Part shown: in pieces, positions 27,600 to 44,509 of the stretch
How positions within the stretch are numbered: position 1 is the stretch's first letter
Layout: each line of letters begins with the position of its first letter
Assembly (NCBI GenBank): GCA_951406725.2
Contig: OX597832.1
Span: 38,564,001-38,628,000 of the forward strand
Direction: 5' to 3'
From: Octopus vulgaris
Taxonomy: Eukaryota
Length of the DNA stretch: 64,000 nucleotides
The notes under the pieces: generated by a model
The model's database searches: none
The model's input: only the letters and a program-made list of their open reading frames with translations
Told to the model about the DNA's origin: nothing
Position numbers and translations under genes: made by a program

Positions 27600-29330
27600 A
27601 ATGATGATGATAATGATGATGATGATGACGATGGCGACGATGATGATGATGATTATGATGATGATGATGATGATGATAATGATGATGATGATAATGGTGA
27701 TGATGATGATGATGATGATGATGACAACGATGATGATGATGATGATGATGATAATGGTGATAATGATGATGATGATGATGACGATGAGGATGATGATGAG
27801 GATGATGATGACGGTGCCGACGGCGGTGATGCTGGCGATGGCGATGCTGATGTTAATCACAGAGAGAATTTTGATTTCCGAGAGCGCTCCCTTTCGCAGC
27901 TGGGTGTTTGACCCAGAATCAAATCTTCGCTTCGATACGATTACAAAAGTAGGACAAAACGGGGGCAAAATGGGTGGGGGTTGGGTGGGGGATGCGCTGT
28001 GTGGTGGCCACCCATTGCGAAGACAGAAAGCTATCTCCCAACATTGTTGTCGTCGAAAATAGGATTTTAGATTCCACCCCCACCCCGCCCCGCTATTTCT
28101 TTGCTCTGCCTAACCTTCACCTTTAACCCACCTCACTCTACCCCCGTTTTCTAATGGATACTTTTGGAGGGGGGGGGGGGGGAGAGAGAGGAGCAGGCGG
28201 AGGAGGACATGGGTATTGTTGATGGTGGCGGTGGTATGGTGTCTGATGAGGTGCATTTAATTGAGGCATAGTAATAGCGGAACACCTTGGTGCATGAATG
28301 GTAGCGGTGGTAATGGTTGTGGTGGTGGTGGTAGTGGTGGTGAAGGTGGTGGTGAAGGTGGTGGTGAAGGTAGTGGTGTTGGTGGTACTGGTGGTGCAGG
28401 TGGTAGTGATGGTGGTGATGGTGGTGGCGGTAGAGGTGGTAGTGGTGTTGGTGGTGGTAGTGGTGGTGGTGGTGAAGGTGGTGGTGCTGGTGGTGCTGGT
28501 GGTGATGGTGGTGGTGATGGTGGTGGCGGTAGAGGTGGATGGGTCGTGGTGATGGTGGTAGTGGTGTTGGTGGTGGTGAAAATGGTTGTGGTAAAGGTTG
28601 TTGTGGTTGTGGTGGTAGTGGTGTTGGTAGTGGTGAAGATGGTTGTGGTAAAGATTGTTGTGGTTGTGGTGGTTGTGGTGGTGGTGGTGGTGGTGATAGT
28701 AGAGGTTGTGGCAAAGGTTGTTGTGGTTTTGGTGGTGAAGCTTGTTATGGTTGTGGTGGTGGTGGTGGTAGTGATGGTGATGAAGGTGGTTGTAATTGTG
28801 GTGGCGATCCTCAAGGTTGTCAAGGTGGCACATGTGGTGGTGGTGGCAATGCCGATAGTGCTGGTGTTGGTGGTGGTGGCGATGTTACTGGTGACCGTAA
28901 TGGTCGTGGCGTTCCTTTAATGGCAGCAATGGCCAAGGTGACGCTGGTGGTGTCGATTTTCGTGGTGTTAGTAAGGATAATGGGGCAAGGATGTTGTTGT
29001 TGGTGTTGATGGTGTTTGTGGTGGTGTTTATTATAGTGGTGATTGTGGCGGTGTTGGTGTCGATAGTGGTGGTGACGGTGGTGGTAGTAGTTGTTGTTGT
29101 GGTTGTGGTGGTGGTGGTGCTGATGGTGGTGGTGGTGGAAGTAGATTTGATAATGATGGTGATCTAAGTAGTGGTGGTGGTGGTGGTGGTGGTGGTGGCT
29201 TCGGCGATCATCACTGGTTGTCAAGGTACTGAAGGTGGTTGTGGTACTAGGGGTAGTGATGCTGGTGGTGGCGGCAATGCCGATGTTGCTGGTGGTGGAG
29301 GAGATGGTGGTGATGGTGGGGGGTGGGAAG
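26500..29330. repeat. Extended (GAT)n/(GGT)n low-complexity region, including a ~120-bp tandem duplication at ~27050-27270
   Basis: gatggtgaggatgatgatgatg..gaaggatgataatgtcagtgattatgatgatg occurs twice with period 120. Confidence 0.9.
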
Positions 29331-29608
29331 GATGCAGGCGGGTCAAAGATCAAGCGGATGGATAAACGGCATGCAAAATCTTCGAAATTAAAAATGAGTA
29401 TTAAGTAAATAAATAAATAAATAAATAAACAAACAAACAATGCGAGATGGAATCAGCACCAACAATAACAATAACAATAACAACAACAACATAAAGTAAT
29501 ATTATACACCACCCGTGAATGAGCGTCGCTTGATCTGCTGAAAAAATTGTAAACAAATATTTGTCGATGTTTACATCGCCGGTGCGATCGGAGACTTTAA
29601 TGATGATG

Positions 29609-29680
<72 letters not shown>

Positions 29681-29735
29681 GTCATCATCATGATTATCAT
29701 CATCGTCGTCGTTGTCTTCCTCGTTGGTGTAAATG

Positions 29736-29781
<46 letters not shown>

Positions 29782-30466
29782 GCATACGTATGTGTATATG
29801 TGTATGCGTATGTTTGTGAGTATATATACATACACACACATGAATATGTATAAATTATTCGTAGTGGGATTAGTGTAAAACAGCGTGTGAGAGTCTCGTG
29901 TGTATATATATGTATATGTATGCATGTGTACATGCATCTATGTATGTATGCAGGTATGTGTTTATGCCTGTGTGTGTGTGCGTGTGTGTGTGTGTGTATT
30001 GAAATCGCAGTCTAAGCATAGTGAGTATATTCTAAAGCTCGCTGTGAAAGCGAGATGTGTTCACCGCGTATCCACAGTGAAAATGTCTAGTTGCTGGGAT
30101 CGCTGCGGTTGAGCCACAGAGATCTCAGCAGCCAACGAAAGACATGGAGCTGGCGAATCAATGAGTTTCAAATCACGTTAAAATTGCGGTAATATTTTGA
30201 GGAGAAAATGGTGGCATCACCAACCGAAGAACTTCGCTGCTAATATTTCTTTTTACTGAACTCGGGACTGATACAACGTGATGTTCACCTTGCCGAGGTT
30301 TGAACCCAGAAAATGTTGAACCGCAAGAAATGCCACTTTTAATTTTTGCAAACGTTCTAACCATTCAGCCAGTTGACCACATTTGATAATTGTTTCTAAC
30401 ATTTAACATCTGAGCAGACCACAACTGTCTGTATGTGTGTGTGTATGTGTTGTGTGTGCGAGCGAC

Positions 30467-30562
<96 letters not shown>

Positions 30563-30877
30563 CCTGGTGTAGTCGATTACATTGATAACAGAAGTAGATT
30601 AGTGCTTCATTTTGTCAACATCGGAGAGCGAGTTTACTCCAGTTCGAATTGAATTTAAAACGTATACTTGAAGCAGTTACCACATTACCACGACGTATTT
30701 TGTGCGACCCTCTAACATGTTGCCAGTCCAATAACACTGATAATGGAATCAAATTTTAGCAAAAGGCTAGCAATTTTGAAGGGGTCGATTTGTTCCACTA
30801 AAGGCAGTGTTCCAGCATGGCCGCAATCAAATGACTGAAACAAGTAAAATAATAAAAGGTTGATAATAACAATAATA

Positions 30878-31296
30878 CTTTCTAATTTTGGTACAAGGCC
30901 AGTAATTTTGGGTGGCGGAGCAAGTCGACTTCATCGAGCCTAATGCTCCACTACTATCTATTTTATCAATATTGAAAAGCAAAATTGATCTCGGTGGAAT
31001 TTGAACTTAGAACATAGAGAACCAAGAGAAATGCCGCTAAGCCTTCTGTCCGGTGTACTAACATTTCTGCCAGCTCACCGCCTTCGGTAACACTAAGAAT
31101 CCTTTCTACTATAGACACAAGTCCTGCAATTGGGTAGAAGAGAGTAGTGGCTTGCATCGAACCCAGAACTCATCGCCCCCGAAATGATGAAAGGCAATGT
31201 CGACCTCGGCGGCATTTGAACTCAGAACGTAAAGATAGACGGAATGGTATTAAGCATTTTTCCCGGCGTGCTAACGATTCTGCCAACCCACAGCCT
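30878..31296 (-). mobile_element. Two diverged tandem SINE family A copies
   Basis: tcggtggaatttgaac..ctaacatttctgccagctcaccgcc and cgacctcggcggcatttgaactcagaacg..ctaacgattctgcc. Confidence 0.8.
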
Positions 31297-32154
31297 TTCA
31301 TAACACTAATAATGACCAAAATACTACATTTCTTATAATGGCCTTAGCGGCTCCCACACACCTTAAAATAGATGTTAAAACCTATTCGTTACACTGTGTA
31401 TGAGCAATGGCAAGTTCCACGAACCCAAGAGGATTAGGGCGGGCGTTATGCAATAAATGTATTAAAATTGAAAGTAGCAACAGCTTCAGAGTAAAATGCC
31501 TTCATTGGTCTCTTACAACTACAGATTTAACAAATATGCATTGGGTTCTGCACTGTCCATTATTTATTTATTTTACAATCCCGGTTGAGCACAAATTTTA
31601 TATAGCTTTGTGGTCATAAATCGTCAAAAAGTACTTACAAATTCACGCTATTTCCTTTAGATCACACATTATTTCTCTTCGCTTACACTCATAATCCCTG
31701 TCGTGTGGTTACATGTAGGTTACAAGCCAGAAGACGATGTCACATCATAACCTTCTGAATGTCACATATGTATTGTGCTGCTCGGGATGCAAGCCATGCA
31801 CGGGTCTCGCGTCGGATCTTGAACCATAACTGCACCAAAGTCATCGATTTTGATCTTCATACGGTACCGTAAGTACCCTGTCAAAATGATTGCACACTCC
31901 AACCACAAGAACTCCAAGTTTGCCATATATTCCTGCCTTGCTAGATGTGAACATACTCACGCTATTGTTATTAAGACACACACACTCATACACACACACA
32001 CACACATACAAACACACACACACACACACACATACACACACACACACACACACTCACACACACACTCACACACACACTCAGGACATACTTCTGATTTAGA
32101 TATAATTACAAATGGACAAATATTCAACTCGAACACCAAAGGCAACAACAAAGC

Positions 32155-32438
32155 ACAAAATGGTAAATTACAAGACAGAAATACCAAAGATGGAATATTT
32201 GTTACTCTTTCAGGAAAATTCTCAAGTAAATTTTTATGAGATAGTCTTTAGATTTAAAGTTTTGATTACATTTGAATTAGTTATTTCTAGAAAGATCTAC
32301 GTTTAGAACAGTACTGAGCTATGCTATAACCAAGCTGAGAGAATCTGAGTTAGCAAATTCAATTCTTCATATTTTGTTGTTGTTGTTGTTGTTACTGTTG
32401 TTGTTGTTGCTGCTGCTGCTGCTGTTAGTCATTGGTTG
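32155..32438 (+). repeat. ~285-bp segment duplicated in inverted orientation at 40865-41167
   Basis: acaaaatggtaaatt(a/g)caagacagaaa...ttcttcatattttg(ttg)n..gctgttagtcattggttg is shared by both loci. Confidence 0.9.
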
Positions 32439-32821
32439 TTATGTCCGTCAGGATTGTTCATATATATTTGCAAATGAACAGAGGCAGAAAAAGAGCATAT
32501 GTAAATATCAATATACATGTGTCTAAGTGTGTGTGCGTACATGTATGTACATACTTATGTATGTATTTATGTATGTATGTATATAAGTATGTATATATAT
32601 ATGTATATATACGCACAAACACACACAAAGAGAGAACTAGACAAGTAGACAGAAATAGTTATATACATGCATATATATGCTTTTATTTTTTATTCTTTTA
32701 CTTGTTTCAGTCATTTGACTGCAGCCATGCTGGAGCACTGCCTTCAGTCGAACAAATCAACCCCAGGACTATGGGTCTGTTTTTGTCGAAGCACTAAGTT
32801 CCGGGGACGTAACCTAGTGAT

Positions 32822-33429
32822 TCGTCGGTTACGTTCTGAGTTCAAATTCCGCCGAGGTCGACTTCGCCTTTCATCCTTTCGGGGTCGATAAATTAAGTAC
32901 CAGTTGTGCACTGGGGTCGATGTAATCGACTTAATACCTATGTCTATCCTTGTTTGTCCCCTCTATGTTTAGCTCCTTGTGGGTAATAAAGAAATAGGTT
33001 GTAATGATGCTTCTATTTTGAGGAAGCGAGTCAGTCGATTAAATCGACGCAGTATGCAACTGGTACGTAATTTATCGACCCCAAAAGGATGAAAGGTAAA
33101 GTTGACCTCGACGGAATTTGAACTCAGAAGATAGCGACAGACGAAATACTGCTAAGCATTTCGCCCGGTGTTCTAACGATTCTGCCAGCTCGCCGCCTTG
33201 TATATTATAATAATAATGATAATAATCCTTTCTACTAAAGGCACAAAACCTGAAATTTGTGGGAAGGGGACTAGTCGATTGCATCGAACCTAGTGTTTCC
33301 CTGGTTTCTACCCCGAAAAGATGAAAGGCAAATTCGTCCTCGGCGGAATTTGAACACAGGGCGTAATGACAGACGAAATACGGCTACGCATTTCGCCCAG
33401 CGTGCTAACGCTTCTGCCAGCTCGCCGCC
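32822..33429. mobile_element. Three SINE family A copies: + (32822-32998), - (33020-33198), - (33224-33429)
   Basis: Family A core and head motifs in both orientations. Confidence 0.88.
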
Positions 33430-34740
33430 TCAGACTAACCAGGAAAGTAATAGAGAGCTGAAAAGAACGGATAGCAATGGTACCGTAGGTAGCAGGTAGC
33501 AAGCCCGCTACGCATGCAAGACTCCAGGTGCTCCAACAAAATCTGCGATAAAGAGAAAACAACAACAACAATAATAATAATAATGATAATAATGATAATA
33601 GGGATGTTGATGATGATGATGATGATGAATAAAAATAAAATGTTTCACAGTCAAATTTATTGTTATGCCTATATTACTGCGTTTTGTTTTCGCTTGCAAT
33701 TTTTTTCACCAGTGTTATGTGTGAATGTTTTGTTTTAGTTTTTCTTTTCTTTTAACCTGTTGGGTTCAAGTAAAGTGCTTTAAAAGCAATAAACAATATT
33801 CAGTGTCAATTGATGATTTTCACTCCAGAATCCAGCATGGTTCTCCGCACGAAGCAACTGTTTCGTCTCAGCTAATGAGGCTAGGTTTTCATCTCATGAC
33901 AATCGTACACATTGTAGATATTTATGACAACTCAGACCTTTGAAAGGTAAGAGGAGAAGCAAAGGAGAAATAGAGAGGGCGAAAGAGAGAGAGAGAGAGA
34001 GCGAACAAGCGAGAGGAAGACAGAGAGAGGGAGAGAGAGAGAGGGGGGAGGAGGTGGCAGAGGAAGGCATAAGAAGGAAAGAGAGAGAAAGTAAGAAGAA
34101 ATATTATTTTAGAAAGTCATGACTCCAAATGTGGTAGGAATGGAACCAGCCAGCCACACACAAACACATTTGCAGGCACATACACACAAAGCGAAAAATA
34201 CAATAACTGTGACAACTCCTTATATTTTTCCGTTGGTTGAGTAGCATAAACGGTAAAGCGGTAGCTTCGTGGTGTGGTAGTCTAGTATTCTAGCAGAGTG
34301 GTTGGTGGGGGGGGGGGGTTAGCGTAGTAGTGTGTGTGTGTGTGTAAGGGGTGGGGGTAAACAATGAGTTGATCAGAATACTTAATGCTGTTTGCAATGT
34401 AAATAGTTACAGCAGCTGGTTAATAAAATAGAAGCCGTTAGACGAATCGTTAACATTTCAATTACTTTATCGTCCACCAACATTAGATCCTTAAAACGAG
34501 AAGACGTTTTTTTGTCTAACAGATTCTTTGATTCTGTCGGTATTCCACCAGAACTTTTGGCCAACAGTCACAGCTGGTCATGTCCATTCGATGCCTGAAT
34601 GTCAACTGAGAAACGCGCGGCTCACATTCCATCGTTGTTGCTGCATGGGCTGCGATATCTGATCTCTGCCTCAGACAAAATGACTGTAACTAGGTAACAG
34701 AGCCGGCCACAGATTAAGCTTTTAAAAATGCAAAAGCATA

Positions 34741-35072
34741 GGCGCAGGAGTGGCTGTGTAAAAGTAGCTTGCTTACCAACTACATGGTTCTGGGTTCATT
34801 CCCACTGCGTGGCACCTTGGGCAAGTGTCGGCGACGAGCTGGCAGAAACTTTAGCACACCAGGCGAAAGGCATAGCCGTATTTCGTCTGCCGTTACGTTC
34901 TGAGTTCAAATTCCGCCGAGGTGGACTTTGCCTTTCATCCTTTCGGGGTCGATAAATTAAGTACTAGTTACGCACTCGGGTCGATATAATCGACTTAATC
35001 CGTTTGTCTGTCCTTGTTTGTCCCCTCTGTGTTTAGCCCCTTGTGGGTAGTAAAGAAATACTTTTACTATAG
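34741..35072 (+). mobile_element. SINE family B 5' part with a full-length SINE family A (34830-35060) nested in its core
   Basis: ggcgcaggagtggctgtg..ggcaccttgggcaagtgtc | ggcgacgagctggcag...aaagaaata | cttttactatag. Confidence 0.9.
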
Positions 35073-35649
35073 GGCAAAAGAAAAAGAATTTCTAATGCTA
35101 AATATGCCGAAACTAGACACATCGTCCATAACCATATAATTCATCACTATAAGCAACTTGTTTATGAGTTGTTTATAAATTTAACCTTTAAAGGTATTTT
35201 TTAATATGCTGGCCATTGATAACATTTTTTTCGAAAGATTTTATCCTATATTAGATGTAAATTTAATAGTGTTCACTTCCGGACTCTCTCACTCTATTAG
35301 AGTTTTCAATTCAAATCGCACGTGTCTCGAAGTCTGCTGGAGAATTTCTATTTTGGATATATTAGGGGTACTTAATTGTGCTCATGACTTAGTGTTTGCT
35401 TCTTCCATGGGTATGAGTAAGAATTTCATTAAATTTTTGCCGCATTTATCACTGACGAAGAGAAGGTTCTTAAGAATTAACTCTGAAATCGGGTCCGATA
35501 TGGTAATAACGGAATTTTTTAGAAATTTCTGTCGGTTTCTTCGAGACGCGTGCTTATAGTGATGAATTATATGGTTATGGGCGATGTGTCTAGTTTCGGC
35601 ATATTTGGCATTATAAATTTTCTTCTTTTGCCCTTGTTTATAAGTTGTT

Positions 35650-35653
<4 letters not shown>
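35071..35653 (+). mobile_element. Non-coding hammerhead-bearing element (PLE-derived/retrozyme-like): inverted 5' extension, 476-bp unit and 21-bp terminal redundancy
   Basis: 35071-35155 is an inverted copy of 35551-35634; CTTGTTTAT(G/A)AGTTGTTTATA at 35157-35177 and 35633-35653; ends in (TA)n. Confidence 0.82.
35447..35505 (+). ncRNA. Intact type I hammerhead ribozyme
   Basis: Stem I TATCA/TGGTA; core CTGACGA (35452-35458); stem II (A)GAG..CTC(T); GAAA (35485-35488); stem III TCGG-GT-CCGA; triplet AUA (cut after 35500). Confidence 0.88.
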
Positions 35654-35705
<52 letters not shown>

Positions 35706-35827
35706 TATATTTCAGAATAGTCAAGCCACACATGCTAGATCGTTTTCGCCCCAGCTTCCTTAATATAACTATATATATATATGTATATTATTATTCATTA
35801 AATATATACTTACATACATACATACAT

Positions 35828-40029
<4,202 letters not shown>

Positions 40030-40544
40030 TTGTGCCGTGTTAGTTATATTGTATCAATCAGCTTCTGCTATTCTGAGAGCTTTCAATCATCTCAAACTGG
40101 TTAATTCATCAAGGATTCGATTCTTCTTACTCATGCCCTCCCTCATATACTCTTTCCTCCCCTCCTCCTCTCCTTCATTCCCCGTCTTTCTCCTTCTCTC
40201 TTTCTTCCTGTCCCTCCCTCCCTTTCTCCTTTTCTCTGTGTCTTTCTCTTTCCTACTTTCTTTGTTTATCTCTCTTGCTCGCCCTGTAAATCACTATTAC
40301 ATAAAATACACACCCACACATATTGGTCTTCATATAGGCATAGCTCATAATGATAACGGCAACGACGACAGCGGTGACAAGTACGATGATGATGATGGTG
40401 GTGGGTGGTGGTGGTGTGGTGGTGGTGGTGGTGGTGGTGGTGGTGGTGGTGGTGATCATCATCATCATCATGATTTTGATGCTATTGTTCATAATAGTGA
40501 TGATGATGATGATGATGATGGTGTTGTTTTGTTGTTGTTGTTGG

Positions 40545-40912
40545 AAACTGGAACAGTTTAAATTCAAAGGGGAGGTCATTTGGGATTAGCGGGATCCGTG
40601 GAATGAAGACATCCTCACCCTTATAATTTCCAGTCATAATTGTTGCCTCTAGGACATGGGGTCGCATCGCATTTGCACAGACGAGGTGGAACCAGATTTC
40701 CTGAGTAGCATGACTGGGGCCCCCTTTTTAAGTGTTAAGTGATGAGGTAGCATCCGAGATGGCTGTAGAGAGTTCAGGAACTCAGCTGGAAAAAAATACA
40801 GACTGGTCCTAATCAGTGACAGTGTCGAGGGATTTGAAAGACTGTTCTTGTCCGGGCAAAGCAGCAACCAATGACTAACAGCAGAAGCAGTAACAGCAGC
40901 AGCAACAACAGC

Positions 40913-40947
<35 letters not shown>

Positions 40948-41883
40948 AATATGAAGAATCGAATTTGTTAACTCAGATTCTCTCATCTTGGTTATAGCAT
41001 AGCTCAGTATTGTTCTAAACGTAGATCTTTCTAGAAATAACTAATTCAAATGTAATCAAAATATTAAATCTAAAGACTATCTCATAAAAATTTACTTGAG
41101 AAGTTTCCTGAAAGAGAAACAAATATTCCATCTTTGGTAATTTCTGTCTTGCAATTTACCATTTTGTATTTTGTTGACAGCATCATTACGTGTAGCTAAG
41201 ATGACTCGGTCACAGAGCCATTGACTGTTGGTAAAGTTTTGTGCAATATTTGGGAGCACGAGCATTATAAGATCATTGACGGTTGGTACCATCTCTCCAC
41301 AGGCTTTCTGTCCCCCCGTTCCCGAATTTGAATGATGATAACTTTCAGAAAAATGAGTATTTTTTAATGTAATTTTCTGCGAATATGTGTTATATTATGT
41401 AGATTCCGAATATACAAAATGTTTGTGGGAAAAGGACTTTAGGAGGGAGTATGAAGGATTTTCGGAAAATTCACCGGAGTCCACTTTCATTCGTCTTAAC
41501 TTTCAGGAAAATGGGTATTTTTTTATGAAATTGTCTGCAAATATACCTCGGACTGTGTAAACTCCGAGCAAATAGGACTTTGGGGGAAAACAATTAAGGG
41601 TTATTTTTGCGAACTGTTCCCCACTGGGGTGGGGGTGGGGTCGGAACAAGTCGTCCATATTTCTTTCAGTCTCTCCGTTTTATGCGTTTGTGCATCCGTA
41701 TATAACCCTTAACCCTAGTCGTAAAATTTCAGGGGGGAAAATTGAAAAGTTAAGGAGGGGATGTATTAAAAGGCTTAAAATTAGATCTTTTTGCATATTC
41801 AGAATTTCCGTTGGAGACAAGGTCGGAATCCGTAGAAAAAGAAAAAAAAGCATAAGAGGGTGGCATGCTTATTCTCAGTGTCC

Positions 41884-41942
<59 letters not shown>

Positions 41943-41992
41943 ATGAAACAGTTAAAACGGAGTATCATTCCATATCAGGTTTATTATAGAGA
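40545..41992 (-). mobile_element. Helitron remnant with 5' terminus and PIF1-like helicase fragments
   Basis: Minus strand starts A|TCTCTATAATAAACC at 41992; sub-repeats aactttcag(a/g)aaaatg(a/g)gtatttttt; translation LPNIAQNFTNSQWLCDRVILATRNDAVNKI...LPGQEQSFKSLDTV..PAEFLNSLQPSRMLPHHLTLKKGAPVMLLR..VLEATIMTGNYKGEDVFIPRIPLIPNDLPFEFKLFQFP (RepHel helicase C-terminal motifs). No 3' CTAG end found. Confidence 0.88.
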
Positions 41993-42996
41993 TTCTGTAG
42001 CAAATTATACTTTACACTTCTCTATTTAACTGTGCGTGTGTATTCCTTATTTTTACATCTGGTGTCTTCTGCCTTTCTATTGGAACTGTTTACCTGGGAA
42101 TTTACTTTAAGCGAAAAAAAAAGAACTGTATGCAACAGATAAGTTGTCTTAATAACATATAAGAAATAAGTACTGCGGTTGATTCATTCAATTAAAATTC
42201 TTCAAAGCGTTGCCCCAGTATGGCCGTAGTTCAATGACTGAAACGATTTAAATGTATAAGGTACATACATGTGGACTATTACAATAGAAACTGCGACTCA
42301 GTATAAGCACAATAGACCAGATATGGTTCTATAAGATAGAGCAAAAGTCATGCACTGTAGGGGAGATCAGATATACGGAGGATGTGAATGTTTCGAGAAA
42401 AATTGGCGAAAGTAAACATCTATAGAGAACTAATGAGAAAACTACGGCTCTTATATCCATTCTGCAGACTTTCGTTTGTTCCTGTAATCAAAGATGCACT
42501 GGTCTACGTTACAGCAAATTTGCATTAAAGCCTGGAATTACTGGAGGTCTTCAGACAAGAAAAGCAAAGCAAACCGATTCTCATTTTTCCGAAAACTTTC
42601 AATTAGTGGTACAATGAAAATTCGGAAAATGCTTCTAAGATTCTCCATTTGTGGTTTCTGGTTTAATTAGAAGCACACCAGCACACTGACATGTGGAATA
42701 TGCAGACACACGCGTGCACGCGCGTACACACACACACACGTGAACACACGCACATACATACACAGGCTCGCGAACCCAAATGCATTTACGCAGATTTCCT
42801 AACTCACTAATGCATAGAAACAGGAAACGTGTACACAACAACCAGTTGTTATATCCTCAAACCCAATTAGCTGTTTTATCTTGACGTCAACAAGAGCCTT
42901 CTCATTTTATTAGCGAAACTGACTTGAATTTTGCAAAAGGACAGAAAAAAAAAACCCTCACAAGGTTACAGTCGACCCGAGGCTTATAATAGGTAC

Positions 42997-43396
42997 AGGC
43001 GTGGCTGTGTGGTGAGTAATTTGCTCCCCAAGCAGATCATTCTGGGTTCATTCCCACTGCGTGGCAAATTGGGCAAGTGTCTTCTACCATACACACGGGC
43101 CGACCAAAGCCTACTCGATGGATATGGTAGATGGAAACTGAAAGGCGGCGAGCTGGCAGAACCGTTAGCACGCTGGGCGAAATGCGTAGCCATATTTCGT
43201 CTGCCGTTACGTTCTGAGTTCAAATTCCGCCGAGGTTGACTTTGCCTTTCATCCTTTCGGGGTCGATAAATTAAGTACCAGTTACACACTGGGGCCGATG
43301 TAATCGACTTAATGCCTTTGTCTGTCCTTGTTTGTCCCCTCTGTGTTTAGCCCCTTGTGGGCAATAAAGAAATAAGAAACTGAAAGAATCCTAACG

Positions 43397-43400
<4 letters not shown>
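42997..43400 (+). mobile_element. SINE family B containing a full-length SINE family A (43144-43375) with 10-bp TSD
   Basis: TSD GAAACTGAAA at 43134-43143 and 43376-43385. Confidence 0.92.
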
Positions 43401-43463
<63 letters not shown>

Positions 43464-44509
43464 GTTTGTGTGTGTGTGTGTGTGTGTAATCTTACTGAGT
43501 AAGTGGTCTATCCTAAAGCTGTATGGATAATTCAGCTATGGTGGTCATGCCTGCCTGTCATTACTCGGTAATAAACTGACGACTTCAATTGTTGTTGTTG
43601 CTGTTGTTGTTTCTGCTGCTGTTGCTGCTGCTGCTGCAAGGGTGCTGGATATCGGATTTGTTTTTATGGACCCATTTCTTTATTGCGTACAGGTGGTGGT
43701 AGTGGTGGTGGAGATGGTGGTGATGGTGCTGTTGTCGGTGCCACTGGAGGTGGTGGTTGTAGGTGTAATGGGGGCGGGGTAAAAAGGGTAGTGTTGGATT
43801 TGGTGCTGGTAGTGTTGCTCCTGTTGCTATTGGTGTTGGTAGTGGTGGTGGCGGTGGTTGTGATTGTGGTGTTGCCAGCTATTGTTGCGACGATCTGTGT
43901 TATAGGACATGTATGTGCTTGTGCGCATGTGTGCCTGTGTGTGCATGTGTGTGCACATACCTACTTTTGTCTGCTTGTGTGCATGTGTCTGTACATGTGT
44001 ATGTGATTTTGTTGATGTGTACGTATGAGGAGATTTTTGCATCGTTCTGTGTGTGTATGTGTGTGTGTGTGTGTGTGTATGTGTGCGTGTGTTGTGTGTA
44101 ACTTCGTCTGTGTCTGGTGTCTTGGAGCTGTATTTGGTGTAAATACCTGTGCGTGATGTGTGCGTATCAGAGGTTTCTCAGTACACTTCCCTATGTGAAT
44201 GTATGTATGTATATGTGTGATAGAGAAAGAGAGAGAGTCAGAGAGAGAGAGAGAGAGAGAGAGATGAGTCAGAGAGAGACAGACAGAGAGAGATGAGAGT
44301 CAGAGAGGGACAGAGTGAGAGAGAGAGAGAGTCAGACGGGTAGACAGAGCGAGAGAGAGTCTTTACATTTGTGTGTGATCTTGTAACTGTGTCTACGCGT
44401 CTGTATACAGCCATTTGAGGAGAGGGAGATGCCACCGGTATGTATATGTGTGATCTGTTAGTACTGCTCTCAATGTTGGCATGAAGCTATCAGGTTGGTG
44501 GGGCGGGGG

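Noticed and set aside
28226-28286. GGTGT-CTGATGA-GGTGC..GCAT..ACACC hammerhead-like
   Set aside because: Stem I and II pairings exist, but there is no GAAA box, stem III or NUH.
24573-34381. Shared 13-mer TTGATCAGAATAC
   Set aside because: A match of this length 10 kb apart is expected by chance in AT-rich sequence.
34522-34692. Putative 171-nt exon (TAACAG acceptor, GTAACA donor)
   Set aside because: Stops in all three frames; no support as coding.
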